Below, in pieces: positions 20,393 to 30,344 of a stretch of DNA of 64,000 nt. The DNA comes from Vulcanimicrobiota bacterium (lineage in GTDB: Bacteria; Vulcanimicrobiota; Vulcanimicrobiia; Eremiobacterales; Eremiobacteraceae), in contig CAWETU010000001.1 of NCBI GenBank assembly GCA_963812135.1, forward strand, positions 800,001 through 864,000, given 5' to 3'. The position numbers were made by a program, and so were the translations under genes. The notes beneath the pieces were generated by a model that saw only the letters and a program-made list of their open reading frames with translations, was not told where the DNA came from and ran no database searches. How positions within the stretch are numbered: the first letter of the stretch is position 1; each line of letters starts with the position of its first letter.

Positions 20393-20570
20393 TCGGCCGC
20401 GGCTCCTCGGCGCCGCTCATGCAAACGCCGCAGGGCTCCATGCCGACCTCATGCGCGAGCGCGGCGGTGATCGTCAAGACTTTGTCTCCGGCGGATGCCG
20501 AGAGCTGGCGGTGGCATTCACTGCCGGCCGCGTGATAGAGGCGCTCGCCCAGGATCGCGACGACTTCCAT
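20382..20570 (-). CDS. Small Cys/His metal-binding protein (resembles the Ada Zn-binding module)
   Basis: 62 aa, YH....EC...GMEPCGVC; ATG overlaps the TAA of the upstream gene (TAATG). Confidence 0.55.
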   Translation of the reverse strand: MEVVAILGERLYHAAGSECHRQLSASAGDKVLTITAALAHEVGMEPCGVCMSGAEEPRPITR

Positions 20571-21085
20571 TACTTCTCGACGACGCTCGTGCTGCCGAAC
20601 AGGTGGTGCTTCACCTGGGTGTAGTGGAGGTCGGCGGGTTTTTCTCCATCGTAGTGCGCGATGTACGTCACCGGGTTGAGCTCCATCCAACCGGCAGGAT
20701 AGTTGTTCGTCGGTTTGTCGAACTGCCGTGTCAGCGTGCCGCGCGCGACGACAAGATCGTTGCGGTGGAAGTGCAGGCTTCGGATGAAGTACTTCATCGA
20801 CCGGAACCGGCGTGGCGCTTCGACGATGACGAAGTCACCTTTATGGTCGATCAAATACACCTGCAGGTCACCATCGGTCTCGTCGGATTTGTGCGAATAG
20901 TAGCCGACGACGGTGATATCGGCGCCGACCGGCGTCCGATCGATGTCGGCGATCGCAACCCGTTGCCCGGGCGAGTTGACGTCGACCGTGACCGGCGGGG
21001 GCTTGATCGTGCGCTCGGCCGGAGCCGGCGAAACGCCGAGAATGAAAAACGCCGCGCTGAGCGCGGCAGCAGCAACACGTCTCAC
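20570..21085 (-). CDS. Secreted protein, probable OB fold
   Basis: GTG start with signal peptide RRVAAAALSAAFFILGVSPAPA; DGDLQVYL...MELNPV pattern. Confidence 0.6.
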   Translation of the reverse strand: MRRVAAAALSAAFFILGVSPAPAERTIKPPPVTVDVNSPGQRVAIADIDRTPVGADITVVGYYSHKSDETDGDLQVYLIDHKGDFVIVEAPRRFRSMKYFIRSLHFHRNDLVVARGTLTRQFDKPTNNYPAGWMELNPVTYIAHYDGEKPADLHYTQVKHHLFGSTSVVEK

Positions 21086-21122
21086 CAAGCTGCTTTCGGC
21101 GGTCCGAAAGAGCGCTGCCTCC

Positions 21123-21151
21123 TTGCCGCATGCCGAAAATCTTGGTATACT
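21123..21151 (+). promoter_or_regulatory. Sigma70-type promoter for rpoZ
   Basis: TTGCCG-N17-TATACT. Confidence 0.65.
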
Positions 21152-21228
21152 TAGCACTCAGCCATATTACGAGTAATACGCGCGGCGCGTCCCGCATTTG
21201 CGGACGTGAACAGTGATTGACGGACGGA

Positions 21229-21465
21229 ATGCAAGATAAAAAGCTCTCATCCTTTGGCAACATCGATCGGCTCGTCGAGGAGATCCCCAACAAGTACCTG
21301 CTCGTGAACACCGCGCGCGTCCGCGCGCAACAGCTCGTGAATGGGGCAGAGCCGATGACCGAGGGTTCAAATCCGGAGAAAGCCGTCAGCACCGCGTTCG
21401 CGGAGATCGCTGCCGGCCGGCTTGAGGTTTCGACCGAACCCGAAGTCCCCCCGACCGAAGAATAG
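21229..21465 (+). CDS. rpoZ: RNA polymerase omega subunit
   Basis: IDRLVEEIPNKYLLVNTARVRAQQL...KAVSTAFAEIAAG omega pattern. Confidence 0.9.
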   Translation: MQDKKLSSFGNIDRLVEEIPNKYLLVNTARVRAQQLVNGAEPMTEGSNPEKAVSTAFAEIAAGRLEVSTEPEVPPTEE

Positions 21466-21468
21466 TTT

Positions 21469-21498
21469 TGTAGCGGTCGAATTTATTCGACCGCTACA
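21469..21498. repeat. GTAG-type REP palindrome, family A (best-preserved copy)
   Basis: TGTAGCGGTCGAAT-TT-ATTCGACCGCTACA between convergent genes. Confidence 0.9.
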
Positions 21499-21771
21499 TC
21501 AAGGCCAGAATCGCCGCTGACGCTCTCGTCGGCGGTTTTTATATGCCGGCGCGAACGCGCCGATTAGCCAGAGGCCAAGATTGATCGACGCGACCACTGT
21601 TATCACCGTGAGAGCCAAGTTGCCTTTGGCGATCATGAAATCAAAAACATCCGTGACAGACAGAGGCGCGAGTCGATAGCCCGTCCAAGCCGCAACCAGC
21701 AGCACGATAATGGAGATGACCATGTACGCGACGGCTCCGTGTCGATGCTCGCGCTGATCGGGCGAGGCCAT
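21499..21771 (-). CDS. Small hypothetical membrane protein (2 TM)
   Basis: Two hydrophobic helices and a basic C-terminal tail. Confidence 0.55.
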   Translation of the reverse strand: MASPDQREHRHGAVAYMVISIIVLLVAAWTGYRLAPLSVTDVFDFMIAKGNLALTVITVVASINLGLWLIGAFAPAYKNRRRERQRRFWP

Positions 21772-21796
21772 TGTCGCGTGCGCTGAGTGAAACAAA

Positions 21797-22223
21797 ATGA
21801 ACCATCTCAACCAGCAGGCAGACTATCTTTCCGGCCGTCCGCTACACAAACGCGCACGCAGCCATCGACTGGCTGAAGCGCGCGTTCGGAGCGACGGAAC
21901 GCGCTGTCCACGTAAACCCAGACGGCACGGTTGCGCATGCCGAGCTGTTCATCGCAGACAACTTGATTATGTTGGGCGAGAGCGATGCGGCCGGCGACTA
22001 TCCTGTCCGCTCGCCAAAACAGGTCAACGCGGTCACCGCAAGCTTTTACGTCGTCTTGCCGAACGATGCCGCCGTGGACGCGCTTCACGAACGCGCAAAA
22101 ATATCGGGCGCGACGATCACGCATGCGCCGTACGACACCGACTACGGCTCGCACGATTTCTCGGCCTTCGATCTTGACGGTCATCCGTGGACGTTCGGCA
22201 CGTACGACCCGTTGGTTGATTGA
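21797..22223 (+). CDS. VOC/glyoxalase family protein, frameshifted just after the start codon
   Basis: Removing one A from ATGAACC gives MTISTSRQTIFPAVRY...AAIDWLKRAFG...HAEL...DTDYGSHDFSAFDLDGHPWTFGTY. Confidence 0.8.
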
Positions 22224-22236
22224 ATTCGGCCGCTAC
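22214..22236. repeat. Degenerate REP family A copy
   Basis: Minus strand GTAGCGGCCGAATTCAATCAACC; its TAG is the queD stop. Confidence 0.5.
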
Positions 22237-22586
22237 TTGTGCCAGCGGGCGGCGGTGGTCGACGACTCGCGCACGACGACCTCGTCGATGCTCACGCGTG
22301 CGCCGGCGGCCGCTTGCAGCTTGCGGGCGAGCACGAGCGCGATGTTCTCAGCGGTGGTCGGCACGTCTTTGAAGTCCGCGAGCGCGTTGAGATCGCGATG
22401 GTCGAATGCGTCAACGACGCGCGAGAGCACGTTGTAGTCGATCACCATGCCGTGTTCGAGCTGCTCGGCCGAGGCCGCGATCTCAACCTCGTAGCGGTGA
22501 CCGTGCGGGCGATTGCAGGGCGATTCGTACGGCAGCGCGAGCATGTGAGCCGCATCGAAGTGACAGACCAGCGAGATCGAGATCAA
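22233..22586 (-). CDS. queD: 6-carboxytetrahydropterin synthase
   Basis: FDAAH, CNRPHGHRY, DHRDLN, TTAENIA motifs; TTG start overlaps the queE stop. Confidence 0.9.
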   Translation of the reverse strand: MISISLVCHFDAAHMLALPYESPCNRPHGHRYEVEIAASAEQLEHGMVIDYNVLSRVVDAFDHRDLNALADFKDVPTTAENIALVLARKLQAAAGARVSIDEVVVRESSTTAARWHK

Positions 22587-23269
22587 CGCCCGGGTTCTCC
22601 GCCCCACAAGATGTAGTGGAGCTGCGGCAGCACGCGTCGATCGGTCGAGCCCCAACGATCGTCGGCGATCGCCTTTTCGGTCAGCGCGCGCAGCGTCGCG
22701 ATATAACGCTCACCGCGACCGGCGCTCGCGCTCTCGGGCTGCAAGATCACTGGAGTATGCGCCGGTAGCGAGGTATCGAGCTCGCGCACGCACGCGAGCG
22801 CCGCTTCGTAGTCGCGGTCGTCGGCGATCACGAATTTCAACTGCATCCGCCCCGCCGCGGTCGCGCAGAACTTGCGCAACGTCGCCGGCTTGGGCGCGTA
22901 ACCCGAGCTGCCGACCTTCGGGCTGATGGAGAACAGCGAAACGTCTGGAAGATCCGCGAAGATCGTGCCGCTCGTCTCGACCGTGATGTGCTTTCCGCGC
23001 AGCGCAGCGACCAACGGCGCGACGTCCTGCGCGAGCGGTTCGCCGCCCGTGATCACGACGGCGCGCACGCCCGACGCGGCCGCGGCGAGCGCATCGACGC
23101 TCATCGGCGTGCCGGAATCGCCTTCGAGCGCGTAGGGAGTGTCGCACCAAGCGCAGCGCAGCGGACAGCCGTCGAGTCTGATAAAAAATGCCGGCGTGCC
23201 GATCTCGCCGCCCTCTCCCTGGACGGAGAGGAAGGTCTCGTTCACGCGCAGCGTCGCAGTGGCGAGCAT
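22583..23269 (-). CDS. queE: 7-carboxy-7-deazaguanine synthase (radical SAM)
   Basis: ETFLSVQGEG, CPLRCAWCDT, ITGGEP, ETSGT, ISPK, PQLH. Confidence 0.92.
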   Translation of the reverse strand: MLATATLRVNETFLSVQGEGGEIGTPAFFIRLDGCPLRCAWCDTPYALEGDSGTPMSVDALAAAASGVRAVVITGGEPLAQDVAPLVAALRGKHITVETSGTIFADLPDVSLFSISPKVGSSGYAPKPATLRKFCATAAGRMQLKFVIADDRDYEAALACVRELDTSLPAHTPVILQPESASAGRGERYIATLRALTEKAIADDRWGSTDRRVLPQLHYILWGGEPGR

Positions 23270-23401
23270 CAGACGGTTTTTTCGCGTTCTTCCCTGCGCA
23301 GCCTCTACAAGGGCGCGCCCGCACAGCGTCGAACTGCGCTCATCCTCAACTCGCGTCCGGACGGTCGACGATTTTCGATCGCAAATAGGGGGTGATATCA
23401 A

Positions 23402-25468
23402 ATGGCTACACCTGCAGCCGCAGGCATTAGAAATGTGGCCTTTGTGGGACCGCATCATAGCGGCAAGACGACGCTGGTCGAAGCCTTGCTCGCGCACACC
23501 AGCGCGGTTCCGAGGAAGGGATCGGTGACCGATGGCACCGCCACCACCGACCACGATCCCGAATCGCACGCGCACCAGATGTCAGTCACGCCAAGCTTCG
23601 CGCACCTTCAGACCGACGGCGTCCGTGTCAATATCATCGATTGTCCGGGCGCTGTTGATTTTATCGAGGAGACGAAATACGCACTGCTCGGCGCCGATGC
23701 GGCCGTGATCGTCGTCGAAGCCGATCCGGCGCGCATCCCGCAAGTGGAGATCCTGCTCGACTATCTCGAAGCGCGCAAGACGCCGCATTGCTTTGTCATC
23801 AACCGGCTCGACCGCCCAGGCGCCGATTTTCCCGCCACCTACGCGCTGCTTCGTCAACGCTTCGGCAATCATGTCGTCGCCGAACAGCTGCCGATCGGCC
23901 AAGGCGAAAATTTCACCGGCTATGTGGACGTCGTCAGCCTCAAAGCGTTCGCGTACGGCGACGGCGGCGCGACGACGCCGTCGACGCTGCCCGAGCACAT
24001 GGCGGACAAGACGCACGAAGAACTCCTCGAAGCGCTCGCCGATTTCGACGATCACCTGATGGAGGAGATCCTCGAGGGGCAAGAGCCGCCGCTCGATGAG
24101 GTCGAACGCGACCTCGTCGCGGACGTGAGCGCTGACAAGATCGTGCCGGTGCTGGTCGCCGCGGGCGTGCGCGGCTGGGGCGCTCCGCAATTGTTGGAAG
24201 TCATCTTGCGCCAATTCCCCGACGCACTATTGACGCCGCGCGTCGACGCACAAGGCAAGCCGGTCGAGCCGAATCCCGCGGGTCCGCTCGTCGCGCAAGT
24301 GTGCAAGACATTCGTGCACCCGCAAAGCGGCAAGATCTCCGTGACCCGCGTGTTCGCGGGCACCATCACCGCCGACTCGCAGCTGACGAGCCCGGCGCGT
24401 CCGGACGTCAAAGAGCGGCCGGGCGGCTTGTTCATCCTGCAAGGCAAGAACCAGACCGCGGTCACGAGCGCAGGACCCGGCAGCATCGTCGCGCTCTCGC
24501 GGCTTGACGCGATGCACACCGGTGACACGCTGACGGTCGGCGGCGGCAAGACGTCCATGAGCGTGCCTCCGGCGGGCAAGCCGGCGTTTGCGCTGGCGAT
24601 CCGGCCGCACGATCGAGCGGACGAAGCCAAGTTGTCGCAGCTGCTCGTGCGCATGCGAGAAGAGGATCCCTCGGTGCTCGCCGAGCGCGCGCCGTTCACG
24701 GACGAGCTCGTGCTGCGCGGTCACGGCGAGATGCATCTGGCCGTCACGGTCGAGCGGCTGCAACGCAAGTACAGCGTCAAGCTGGACACCGCGCTGCCGC
24801 ACGTGCCGTACCGCGAGACCATCACGGGCAAGACGCAGCAACAAGGACGCTACAAGCATCAGACCGGCGGCCACGGCATGTTCGGCGACGTGCATCTCGA
24901 GATCCATCCGCAACCGCGCGGCACGGGCCTCAAGTTCGACGAGAAGATCGTCGGCGGCGTCGTGCCCAAGCAGTTCTTTCCGGGCGTGGAGAAAGGCGTG
25001 CGCGAAGCGCTTGAAAAGGGGCCGATCGCCGGCTTCCCGGTCGTCGACGTCCTCGTCACCTTGTACGACGGCTCGTACCACACCGTCGATTCGAACGAAG
25101 CATCGTTCCGGATGGCCGCGTCGCTCGCCATGCGCGAGGGCTTGCCCAAGTGCGCGCCCGCGTTGCTCGAACCGATCCTGCGCGTCGAGATCACGGTCCC
25201 GTCGCATTTCACGAGCGTCGTGCTGCAACAGGTCTCCGGTCATCGCGGACAGATCCTCAGCTACGGCGCGAGCGACGAGCGCTCGGGCTGGGATACGGTC
25301 AAGGCGCTCGTGCCGCAAGCGGAGCTGCCTCGATATCTCACCGAACTGCGCACGGCGACGCAAGGCCTGGGCTACTATGTCGCCGAGCACGACCACTTCG
25401 AATACGCGCCGCCGAAGGTCACGCAAACCGTGACCGCGGAGCGCAAGGAGGCGGCTGCGGCCAGATGA
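23402..25468 (+). CDS. Elongation factor G-like protein (EF-G2 paralogue)
   Basis: IRNVAFVGPHHSGKTT, DCPG, NRLD, GEMHL, VPYRETI, KHQTGGHGMFG, DGSYHTVDS. Confidence 0.92.
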   Translation: MATPAAAGIRNVAFVGPHHSGKTTLVEALLAHTSAVPRKGSVTDGTATTDHDPESHAHQMSVTPSFAHLQTDGVRVNIIDCPGAVDFIEETKYALLGADAAVIVVEADPARIPQVEILLDYLEARKTPHCFVINRLDRPGADFPATYALLRQRFGNHVVAEQLPIGQGENFTGYVDVVSLKAFAYGDGGATTPSTLPEHMADKTHEELLEALADFDDHLMEEILEGQEPPLDEVERDLVADVSADKIVPVLVAAGVRGWGAPQLLEVILRQFPDALLTPRVDAQGKPVEPNPAGPLVAQVCKTFVHPQSGKISVTRVFAGTITADSQLTSPARPDVKERPGGLFILQGKNQTAVTSAGPGSIVALSRLDAMHTGDTLTVGGGKTSMSVPPAGKPAFALAIRPHDRADEAKLSQLLVRMREEDPSVLAERAPFTDELVLRGHGEMHLAVTVERLQRKYSVKLDTALPHVPYRETITGKTQQQGRYKHQTGGHGMFGDVHLEIHPQPRGTGLKFDEKIVGGVVPKQFFPGVEKGVREALEKGPIAGFPVVDVLVTLYDGSYHTVDSNEASFRMAASLAMREGLPKCAPALLEPILRVEITVPSHFTSVVLQQVSGHRGQILSYGASDERSGWDTVKALVPQAELPRYLTELRTATQGLGYYVAEHDHFEYAPPKVTQTVTAERKEAAAAR

Positions 25469-27987
25469 GCCACATCACGCGACGCGCGTTTCCGCTGCCG
25501 GCGAGCAAGCCTCATTACGCGCCCGATCGGCGCGCGCGCGTCGACCATATCGCGTTGAAGCTGTCGTTCGATTTCGCGCGCAAGATACTCAAAGGGCGTT
25601 GCGACACGACGTTCACCGCGATCGGCGGTCCGCTCACGTCGTTCGAGCTGCAAGCCGGCAAGATGGTGATCAAGGGCGTCCGCTCCGGCGGCAAAACGCT
25701 GCCGAACGAGCTGATCGGCGAAACGCTGCGCATCGAGCTGCCGAGCCTCGCGCGCGGTAAATCCACGACGGTCAGCGTGGACTACGAAGTCCGTCAGCCG
25801 CAGCAGGGCATCTATTTCATCGGACCCGACAAGGGCTACCCCGACAAACCGTACCAGGTGTGGACCCAAGGCCAAGACGCCGACGCCCACTACTGGTTCC
25901 CGTGCGTCGATCATCCCAACGCCAAAGCGACGACTGAGGTCACCGCCACGGTGCCGTCGGATTACTTCGTGCTGAGCAACGGCACGCTCGTCTCCACCGA
26001 TGAAGATACGGCGAAGAAAACGCGCACCTACCATTGGAAGATGGACGTGCCGCACGTGACCTACCTGGTCAGCGTCGTCGCCGGCAAGTTCGTCGGCCGC
26101 ACCGATAGCTCGAACGGCGTGCCCGTGTCGTGGTACGTCGAGCCGGGGCGCGAGGCCGACGGCCGGCGTTCGTTCGGCAAGACGCCGAAGATGGTGAAGT
26201 TCTTCGGCGATCGCATCGGGGTCAAGTACCCGTACTCGAAGTACGCCCAGATCGCCGTGCGCGATTTCGTCTTCGGCGGCATGGAGAACACGACGTGCAC
26301 GACGCAGACCGACTCGACGCTGCACGACGCGCGCGCCGCCATCGACTTCACGAGCGACGACCTCGTGGCGCACGAGCTGGCCCATCAATGGTTCGGCGAC
26401 CTGCTGACGTGCAAGGACTGGTCGCACGCGTGGCTCAACGAAAGCTTTGCGACGTATTTCGACGCGCTCTTCAAAGAGTTCGATCTGGGGGAGGACGAGT
26501 TCGCCTACCAGCGCGTCATCAATCAAGACCTGTATCTAAAGGAAGATACCGACCGCTACCGCCGTCCGATCGTCACCAACGTCTATTACGAGCCGGTCGA
26601 TCTCTTCGACCGCCACCTCTATGAGAAGGGCAGTTGCGTCCTGCACATGCTGCGGACGCAGCTCGGCGACGCGCTCTGGTGGCGCGCGATCAACGAGTAC
26701 GTCAGCGCCAACGCGCAGGGCAGCGTGGAGACCGTCGATTTCGCGCGCGCGATCGAGCGCGCCAGCGGCCGCAACTTCGCGCGTTTCTTCGACCAATGGG
26801 TATATGGCGCGGGCCACCCCGAATTCATGGTCGCGTATCGCTGGGATGGTGACACCAAGACCGCAGTCGTGGACGTGAAGCAAACGCAGAGCGAATCCGA
26901 CAACACCGCGCTGTTCGCGGTCCCGGTCGAGCTCGAGTTCGGCCTTGCGCGCGGCAAACGCGAACGGCTCTCGGTCGTGTGCGATGCACGCGAACAGTCT
27001 TTCCGGATCCCGCTTGCAGCGCGCCCGCAGACGTTCGTCTTCGATCCGCCCGCTGACGTGCTCAAAACGGTCAAGCTCGACGTGCCTCGCGACATGCTGC
27101 TGCGCCAATTGGCTGAGCACCCTGAAGTCGGCGCACGGGTGGGCGCCGCGCGCGCGCTCGCGGATGATCCAGCATCGCAAGTCGTCGAAGCGCTCGCGTC
27201 GGCGCTCAACAAGGATCGGTTCTGGGGCGTGCAAGCCGAAGCAGCGAAGGCGCTTGGCGCGATCCGCACCGATGCCGCGTTGGCGGCGCTGATCCGCAGC
27301 ATCAAAGTGTCCAACCCAAAGGCACGGCGCGCCGTGGCCGAAGCGTTGGGCGAGTTCCGCGGCGACGAAGCATGCCGCGCTCTGGAGCCGCTCGCTAAAT
27401 CCGACCGCTCGTATTTCGTCGAAGCGACCGCGACGTCGTCGATCGGCAAGACGAAGTCGTCGAAATCGTTTGAGCTGCTGCGCAAAGCGCTGAGCAAGGA
27501 TTCGTTCAACGACGTCGTGCGCTCCGGTGCGCTGGCGGGCTTCGCCGCGCTTGGAGACGAGCGGGCCATCCCGATCCTGCTCGAGTGGACGACGTACGGC
27601 CGCTCGGGATTCGCACGGCGCGCCGCCGTGCACGGGTTGGCGAAACTCGGCGAGCGGCGCAAGGACGTGACCGAAGCGCTGATCGCGCTGCTGCGCGATA
27701 AGCAATTACGCGTTTGCCTCGCCGCGGTCGACGCGCTCGGCCGCATGAACGCCGTCGACGCGCTCACGGAGCTCGACCGGGTCGCCGGATCGGAGGTCGA
27801 GGGACGGTTGCGCAGCATGGCCATGGAGGCGGCGCAGAAGATCCGAGCGGGCACCCAGCAATCGGACGAGCTCAAGCGCTTGCGCGAAGACGTCGATCAA
27901 CTACGCGCGTCGAACGCGCGGCTGCAGTCGCGGCTCGCCGAGCTTGAGCCAGCGATCGCCGCAAACGGGAAACGGTCCAAGCGCTAG
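25465..27987 (+). CDS. M1-family aminopeptidase with C-terminal HEAT repeats and coiled coil
   Basis: GGMEN, HELAHQWFG...WLNESFA, YEKG; HEAT-like repeats; ATGA overlap with the EF-G-like gene. Confidence 0.92.
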   Translation: MSHITRRAFPLPASKPHYAPDRRARVDHIALKLSFDFARKILKGRCDTTFTAIGGPLTSFELQAGKMVIKGVRSGGKTLPNELIGETLRIELPSLARGKSTTVSVDYEVRQPQQGIYFIGPDKGYPDKPYQVWTQGQDADAHYWFPCVDHPNAKATTEVTATVPSDYFVLSNGTLVSTDEDTAKKTRTYHWKMDVPHVTYLVSVVAGKFVGRTDSSNGVPVSWYVEPGREADGRRSFGKTPKMVKFFGDRIGVKYPYSKYAQIAVRDFVFGGMENTTCTTQTDSTLHDARAAIDFTSDDLVAHELAHQWFGDLLTCKDWSHAWLNESFATYFDALFKEFDLGEDEFAYQRVINQDLYLKEDTDRYRRPIVTNVYYEPVDLFDRHLYEKGSCVLHMLRTQLGDALWWRAINEYVSANAQGSVETVDFARAIERASGRNFARFFDQWVYGAGHPEFMVAYRWDGDTKTAVVDVKQTQSESDNTALFAVPVELEFGLARGKRERLSVVCDAREQSFRIPLAARPQTFVFDPPADVLKTVKLDVPRDMLLRQLAEHPEVGARVGAARALADDPASQVVEALASALNKDRFWGVQAEAAKALGAIRTDAALAALIRSIKVSNPKARRAVAEALGEFRGDEACRALEPLAKSDRSYFVEATATSSIGKTKSSKSFELLRKALSKDSFNDVVRSGALAGFAALGDERAIPILLEWTTYGRSGFARRAAVHGLAKLGERRKDVTEALIALLRDKQLRVCLAAVDALGRMNAVDALTELDRVAGSEVEGRLRSMAMEAAQKIRAGTQQSDELKRLREDVDQLRASNARLQSRLAELEPAIAANGKRSKR

Positions 27988-28000
27988 CGCTGCGCAGCGC

Positions 28001-29533
28001 ATGAGCAGGCAGAAAGCATTCGTCAATGCCGACGTCACCACGTTGCATGCGGCGCAGCCGCGTGCGCGCGGCGTGCTGGTGCGCGATGGACGGATCGAGC
28101 GGCTGATCGAGGGCGTGCCGGTCGGCCTGCCGCGCGACGTTGAGATCGTCGACTGCGGCGGGGCGGCGTTGCTGCCCGGATTTCATGATTGTCATGTCCA
28201 TTTCACCGACACCGGGTTGCTGGCCGGCCCGTACGACATGCGCGACTGTGGGGACGTCGCTTCGATGCTGGGCCGGGTTGGCGAGCTTTGCGCCAGCCAA
28301 GCGTCATCCGATCCGCTGTACGCCGGCAATTTCGATGAGCAGCTGCTCGCGGAGCATCGGCCGCCGACGCGCGCCGAGCTCGATCGCGTCGCGCCCGACC
28401 GGCCGGTGCTGCTCACGCGCGTCGATGGTCACTCGAGCGTCGTCAACAGCGCCGCGCTCCATGCACTTGACGTCGGCGCGCTGGAGGGCGTCGAACTCGA
28501 CGAAGCGGGGGTGCCCACCGGGCAGCTGCGCGCTGCGGCGAACTATGCGGCGCAGAATGGCATCTTCGCGCGGCTGAGCGACGCGAGCAAGCGCGCCGCC
28601 GACGCGCGCGCCGCCGGCGTCGCTCTGCGCGCGGGCATCACGACGGCGCACAATGTGATCGTCGGCGACGAACCGCTCGAACGGCTCGAGGCGCAGTACC
28701 GAGGCGACGCAGCATTGCCGTTGCGCGTGATCTCCAAGACCTGCTCGAGCGACGTCGGCAAGGTCAAGCGCCTTGGCCGGCGCGTGTTCGGCGGCGACAT
28801 CTTCGTCGACGGCTCCATCGGTTCGCGCACAGCGGCAGTGAGCCACCCGTATCGCGACGGCGCGGGCGAAGGCATCCTGTATTTCACGCGGCAGCAGCTC
28901 ACCGAGCTCTTCGACGAGGCGTCCGAAGCGGGGCTGTCGCTCGGGGTGCACGCCATCGGCGATCGCGCCATCGAGGAGACCATCGCTGCTTGGGAGGCGG
29001 TGATCGCCAAACGCGGCCCGCTCACGAGCGTGCGGCCGTCGATCGACCACTTCGAGATCGCCACCAGTGATCAGATCGTGCGCGCGGCAAACTGCGGCAT
29101 GCTGCTCTCGGTCCAACCTGCATTCGACCAGCTGTGGGGCGGCACGGACGGGATGTACACGCGCCGGCTCGGCGAACCGGTCGCGGTCACGATGAATCTT
29201 TTCGCAAGCGCGAAGGTTGCCGGTTGCGTGATCTGCGGCGGGTCCGACTCGCCGGTGACTTCATTCTCCGCGCTGCTTGGGATCCACGGTTTGATGAACC
29301 ATCACGTCGCCGCCGAGCGATTCAGTGCAGCGGACGCGCTGCGCGCCTACACCGCAGACGCGGCGAAGCTGTCGTTCGACGAACTGCGCCGGGGTATCAT
29401 CGCCCCTGGCTTCGACGCCGATTTCGCGATCCTCGAGCGATCGCCGGATGCCGTGCCGCGCGAGACCGTCAAAGATCTGCGCGTGGTGATGACGGTCGTC
29501 GCCGGCGAGATTCGATGGGATTCAAGATTATGA
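28001..29533 (+). CDS. Amidohydrolase-3 (YtcJ-like) family protein
   Basis: PGFHDCHVH, DGHSSVVNS, HAIGDRA, GSDSP, GFDADFAIL. Confidence 0.9.
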   Translation: MSRQKAFVNADVTTLHAAQPRARGVLVRDGRIERLIEGVPVGLPRDVEIVDCGGAALLPGFHDCHVHFTDTGLLAGPYDMRDCGDVASMLGRVGELCASQASSDPLYAGNFDEQLLAEHRPPTRAELDRVAPDRPVLLTRVDGHSSVVNSAALHALDVGALEGVELDEAGVPTGQLRAAANYAAQNGIFARLSDASKRAADARAAGVALRAGITTAHNVIVGDEPLERLEAQYRGDAALPLRVISKTCSSDVGKVKRLGRRVFGGDIFVDGSIGSRTAAVSHPYRDGAGEGILYFTRQQLTELFDEASEAGLSLGVHAIGDRAIEETIAAWEAVIAKRGPLTSVRPSIDHFEIATSDQIVRAANCGMLLSVQPAFDQLWGGTDGMYTRRLGEPVAVTMNLFASAKVAGCVICGGSDSPVTSFSALLGIHGLMNHHVAAERFSAADALRAYTADAAKLSFDELRRGIIAPGFDADFAILERSPDAVPRETVKDLRVVMTVVAGEIRWDSRL

Positions 29534-29549
29534 TAAACAGGGGTGCTAA

Positions 29550-30140
29550 ATGTCGTTAGAGATCATCAGCACGACAGCGACGCTGATCACCGCTGCGGTC
29601 ATCGCCGCGACGGCGATCGCGGCGATCATCCAATTGCGGCACCTGCGCGCCGCGAATCAGATCACGGCGCTGTGGGCGGTTCAGAACGAGCTCGATAGCC
29701 AGGATTTTCGTGAAGCTGAGATCGTGGTCCGCACGGAGTTGGACAACGCGCTGGCCGATCCCCAGTACTGCCAGTTCGAGATCCGCATGTCACGCGGGGA
29801 CGTCCAACAAAAGGCCGACGATAGGTTCTTGAAAATTCGGCAGTCCGCGAACTTCATCGGGAACACGTTCGAGAACGTCGGTTCGATGGTGAAGAACGGC
29901 ATCTTGGACGAGCATCTGGTGATGGATATCTACTGTTGGATCGTGTTCTCGCATTGGAAGCGCCTGTCGGGCATCACGGCGCTGTCGCGCATCGCCACCG
30001 GGGAGCCGAGCATCTACGAGAACTTCGAGTACCTTGCGGTCTTATCGAAACGGTACTTGAAGGCGCATCCCGTCACGTACCCGCCAAATGTCGAACGCCT
30101 GAAGCTCGAAGTGCCGCCGGCCGCAAAGCCGTACCTATGA
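29550..30140 (+). CDS. Membrane-anchored hypothetical protein (DUF4760-like)
   Basis: N-terminal TM ...AATAIAAIIQLRHLR; NTFENVGSMVKNG and YENFEYLA pattern. Confidence 0.7.
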   Translation: MSLEIISTTATLITAAVIAATAIAAIIQLRHLRAANQITALWAVQNELDSQDFREAEIVVRTELDNALADPQYCQFEIRMSRGDVQQKADDRFLKIRQSANFIGNTFENVGSMVKNGILDEHLVMDIYCWIVFSHWKRLSGITALSRIATGEPSIYENFEYLAVLSKRYLKAHPVTYPPNVERLKLEVPPAAKPYL

Positions 30141-30344
30141 TCCCTTGGCGAGCATCACTGAGCTGGACTTGATAACGGCGGTGACCGCATCGCCAGTCTT
30201 GAGCTCCAGCTCGTCGATCGCCTCAGCCGTCACGATGGCGACGATATGGTTGTCGCCCACGCGGACGTCGACTTTCGCCTGAAGTCCGTCGATCTTGATC
30301 GACTCGACGATCCCCGGCAGCTTATTCCGCGCGCTGAGCTTCAT
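30135..30344 (-). CDS. TOBE/Mop molybdate-binding domain protein
   Basis: MKLSARNKLPG...AIVT...LELKTGDAVTAVIKSSSVM. Confidence 0.9.
   Translation of the reverse strand: MKLSARNKLPGIVESIKIDGLQAKVDVRVGDNHIVAIVTAEAIDELELKTGDAVTAVIKSSSVMLAKGS

Noticed and set aside
22233..23269. queDE as part of a 7-deazaguanine DNA-modification (dpd) island
   Set aside because: No dpdA/tgt-like, dpdB/C or phage genes nearby; ordinary queuosine synthesis is sufficient
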